Shown: piece by piece, positions 62,536-64,000 of the stretch
Layout of the letters: every line of letters starts with the position of its first letter
Numbering within the stretch: the first letter of the stretch is position 1
Program-made: the position numbers and the translations under genes
From: Myxococcales bacterium
GTDB lineage: Bacteria > Myxococcota_A > Polyangia > Polyangiales > DASUME01
Assembly: GCA_047601445.1 (NCBI GenBank)
Contig: JASGJH010000001.1
Coordinates: 9,184,001-9,248,000 of the forward strand
DNA length: 64,000 nucleotides
Direction of reading: 5' to 3'
The notes under the pieces: model-generated
What the model was told of the DNA's origin: nothing
The model's database searches: none
Seen by the model: the letters and a program-made list of their open reading frames with translations, nothing else

Positions 62536-62940
62536 TCAGGAGCCGGACAGTGCCTGCATGATCTCGGCGCGCGTGTCCTCACTCAACGGCCCGAGGCCCT
62601 CGAGCGGCATCAAGGCGACACTCGAGCGATCCGGCACGCGCTCGAGCAGCTTGCGCAGCGCCGGCATGCCCTGTCCGTGCACGAACACCCAGTCCGCGCC
62701 GATCACGTCTCCGCTCTCGGCGGTGACCTCGGCGAGCGTCTTTTGGCGGTTGGTGCCCGTGATCAGAGTGAAAGAGAGCTGGCCTGAATCTTCCCAGGCG
62801 TAGAGCTCGTATCCCTTGAAGGCGCTGGGCAGCACGCCCGCGTCGTCGGCGTGCTCCTCGGAGGCAGGGCCGAGCCCCGAGTCGGGCGCATGAGCCTGGC
62901 AGGCTCCGAGCACCAGACAAAGCCATGCACGCGCCAGCAC
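62536..62940 (-). CDS. Small hypothetical lipoprotein
   Basis: GTG start 4 nt after the murA stop with GGAG RBS; VLGA-C lipobox; KGYELYAW...LITGTNRQKT. Confidence 0.65.
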   Translation of the reverse strand: MLARAWLCLVLGACQAHAPDSGLGPASEEHADDAGVLPSAFKGYELYAWEDSGQLSFTLITGTNRQKTLAEVTAESGDVIGADWVFVHGQGMPALRKLLERVPDRSSVALMPLEGLGPLSEDTRAEIMQALSGS

Positions 62941-62944
62941 GCCC

Positions 62945-64000
62945 TTACTCTCCGGAGCGGGCGTCGAAGCGCTGGATGGACGCTCCGAGCGCTCGCAGTC
63001 GCTCGTCCACACGCTCGTAGCCACGATCGATCTGCTGGGCGTTGTGGATCACCGTGGTGCCCTCGGCGACCAGGGCGGCCAAGAGCAGCGCCATGCCGGC
63101 GCGGATATCGGGGCTCGACACCGTCTGTCCGTAGAGCTTGGCGGGGCCGGTGACCACCGCGCGATGGGGATCGCAGACGATGACGCGGGCGCCCATGGCG
63201 ATCAGACGGTCGACCCAGTAGAGACGGCTCTCGTACATCCACTCGTGAATCAAGGACGTGCCGCGGGCCTGGGTCGCGAGCACCAGGGCGATGGACGTGA
63301 GGTCTGCGGGGAAACCGGGCCAGGGAGCGTCGTGGATGCGCGGAATCGCACCGTGCAGGCCCTCCTGGACCACCAACTCCTGATGCGGCGGCACCAGAAT
63401 GTCGTCGCCCTCGACCTGCCATTGGACGCCCAGCTTGGCGTAGGCGACCTGCGTCACCCGGTGCTCCTCGGGGCGCGCGCGACGAATGCGCAGCGCGCCG
63501 CCCGTGATGGCCGCCAGCGCGATGAAGCTGCCCACCTCGAGATAGTCGGGGCCGACCCGGAAGTTGCAGCCGTGCAGGCGTTCCACGCCCTCGATGTGCA
63601 GCGTGTTGGTGCCCACGCCCTGAATGCGGCCGCCCATGGCACAGATCAAGTTGCACAGGTCCTGAACGTGGGGCTCGGAGGCAGCGTTGCGCAGGATGGT
63701 GGTGCCCTTGGCGAGCGCCGCGGCCATCACCGCGTTCTCCGTGGCCATCACGCTCATCTCGGTAAGGAAGATGTCGCGCCCGCGCAGCCCGCGCGGAGCC
63801 GTCATCAGGTAACGATCGGGCAGCACCTCGACCTCGGCGCCCAGCTCGCGCAGCGCCTCCACGTGGGTGTCGACCGGGCGGCGGCCAATCTTGTCGCCAC
63901 CAGGTGCGGGTAGCTCCGCGCGACCGGCGCGTGCCAGGAGCGGACCCGCCAGCACGAAGCTCGCCCGCATGTTCTGACAGATCTCGGCGGGCGGCTTGGT
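62945..64000 (-). CDS. murA: UDP-N-acetylglucosamine 1-carboxyvinyltransferase, 5' end outside the window
   Basis: MRAS, PGGDKIGRRP, SVMATEN, NAASEPHV, PWPGFPADL, SPDIRAG, IDRGYE. Confidence 0.95.
   Translation of the reverse strand, partial: TKPPAEICQNMRASFVLAGPLLARAGRAELPAPGGDKIGRRPVDTHVEALRELGAEVEVLPDRYLMTAPRGLRGRDIFLTEMSVMATENAVMAAALAKGTTILRNAASEPHVQDLCNLICAMGGRIQGVGTNTLHIEGVERLHGCNFRVGPDYLEVGSFIALAAITGGALRIRRARPEEHRVTQVAYAKLGVQWQVEGDDILVPPHQELVVQEGLHGAIPRIHDAPWPGFPADLTSIALVLATQARGTSLIHEWMYESRLYWVDRLIAMGARVIVCDPHRAVVTGPAKLYGQTVSSPDIRAGMALLLAALVAEGTTVIHNAQQIDRGYERVDERLRALGASIQRFDARSGE

Overview
A GC-rich bacterial chromosomal segment, most likely from a myxobacterium (Polyangiales/Sandaracinaceae-like). 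This assignment is inferred from gene content: about 14 lipoproteins with Asp/Gly linkers, two Ser/Thr kinases, CglB-like vWA lipoproteins, an ECF sigma module and a poly-HAMP kinase. About 45 genes are recognisable. They include an iron-uptake neighbourhood at the left end (TonB, siderophore-interacting protein, EntS-like MFS, Fur-like boxes), fadA/fadN, a response regulator plus two hybrid kinases, glgP, ppc, purT, a GH13_8-type branching enzyme, a TetR-linked M24/EphD/ferritin-like operon, and a partial murA with Asp at the fosfomycin-target Cys. I saw no rRNA, tRNA, CRISPR array, transposase or integrase. The most unusual signals are a ~710-bp nested palindrome (38768-39481), several REP-like intergenic families, a frameshift that fuses a Cys-rich lipoprotein to a CocE/NonD hydrolase, a Gly-rich tandem-repeat protein, many apparently leaderless genes, and a shared acidic lipoprotein tether. 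All product calls come from motif recognition by eye; no database search was run.
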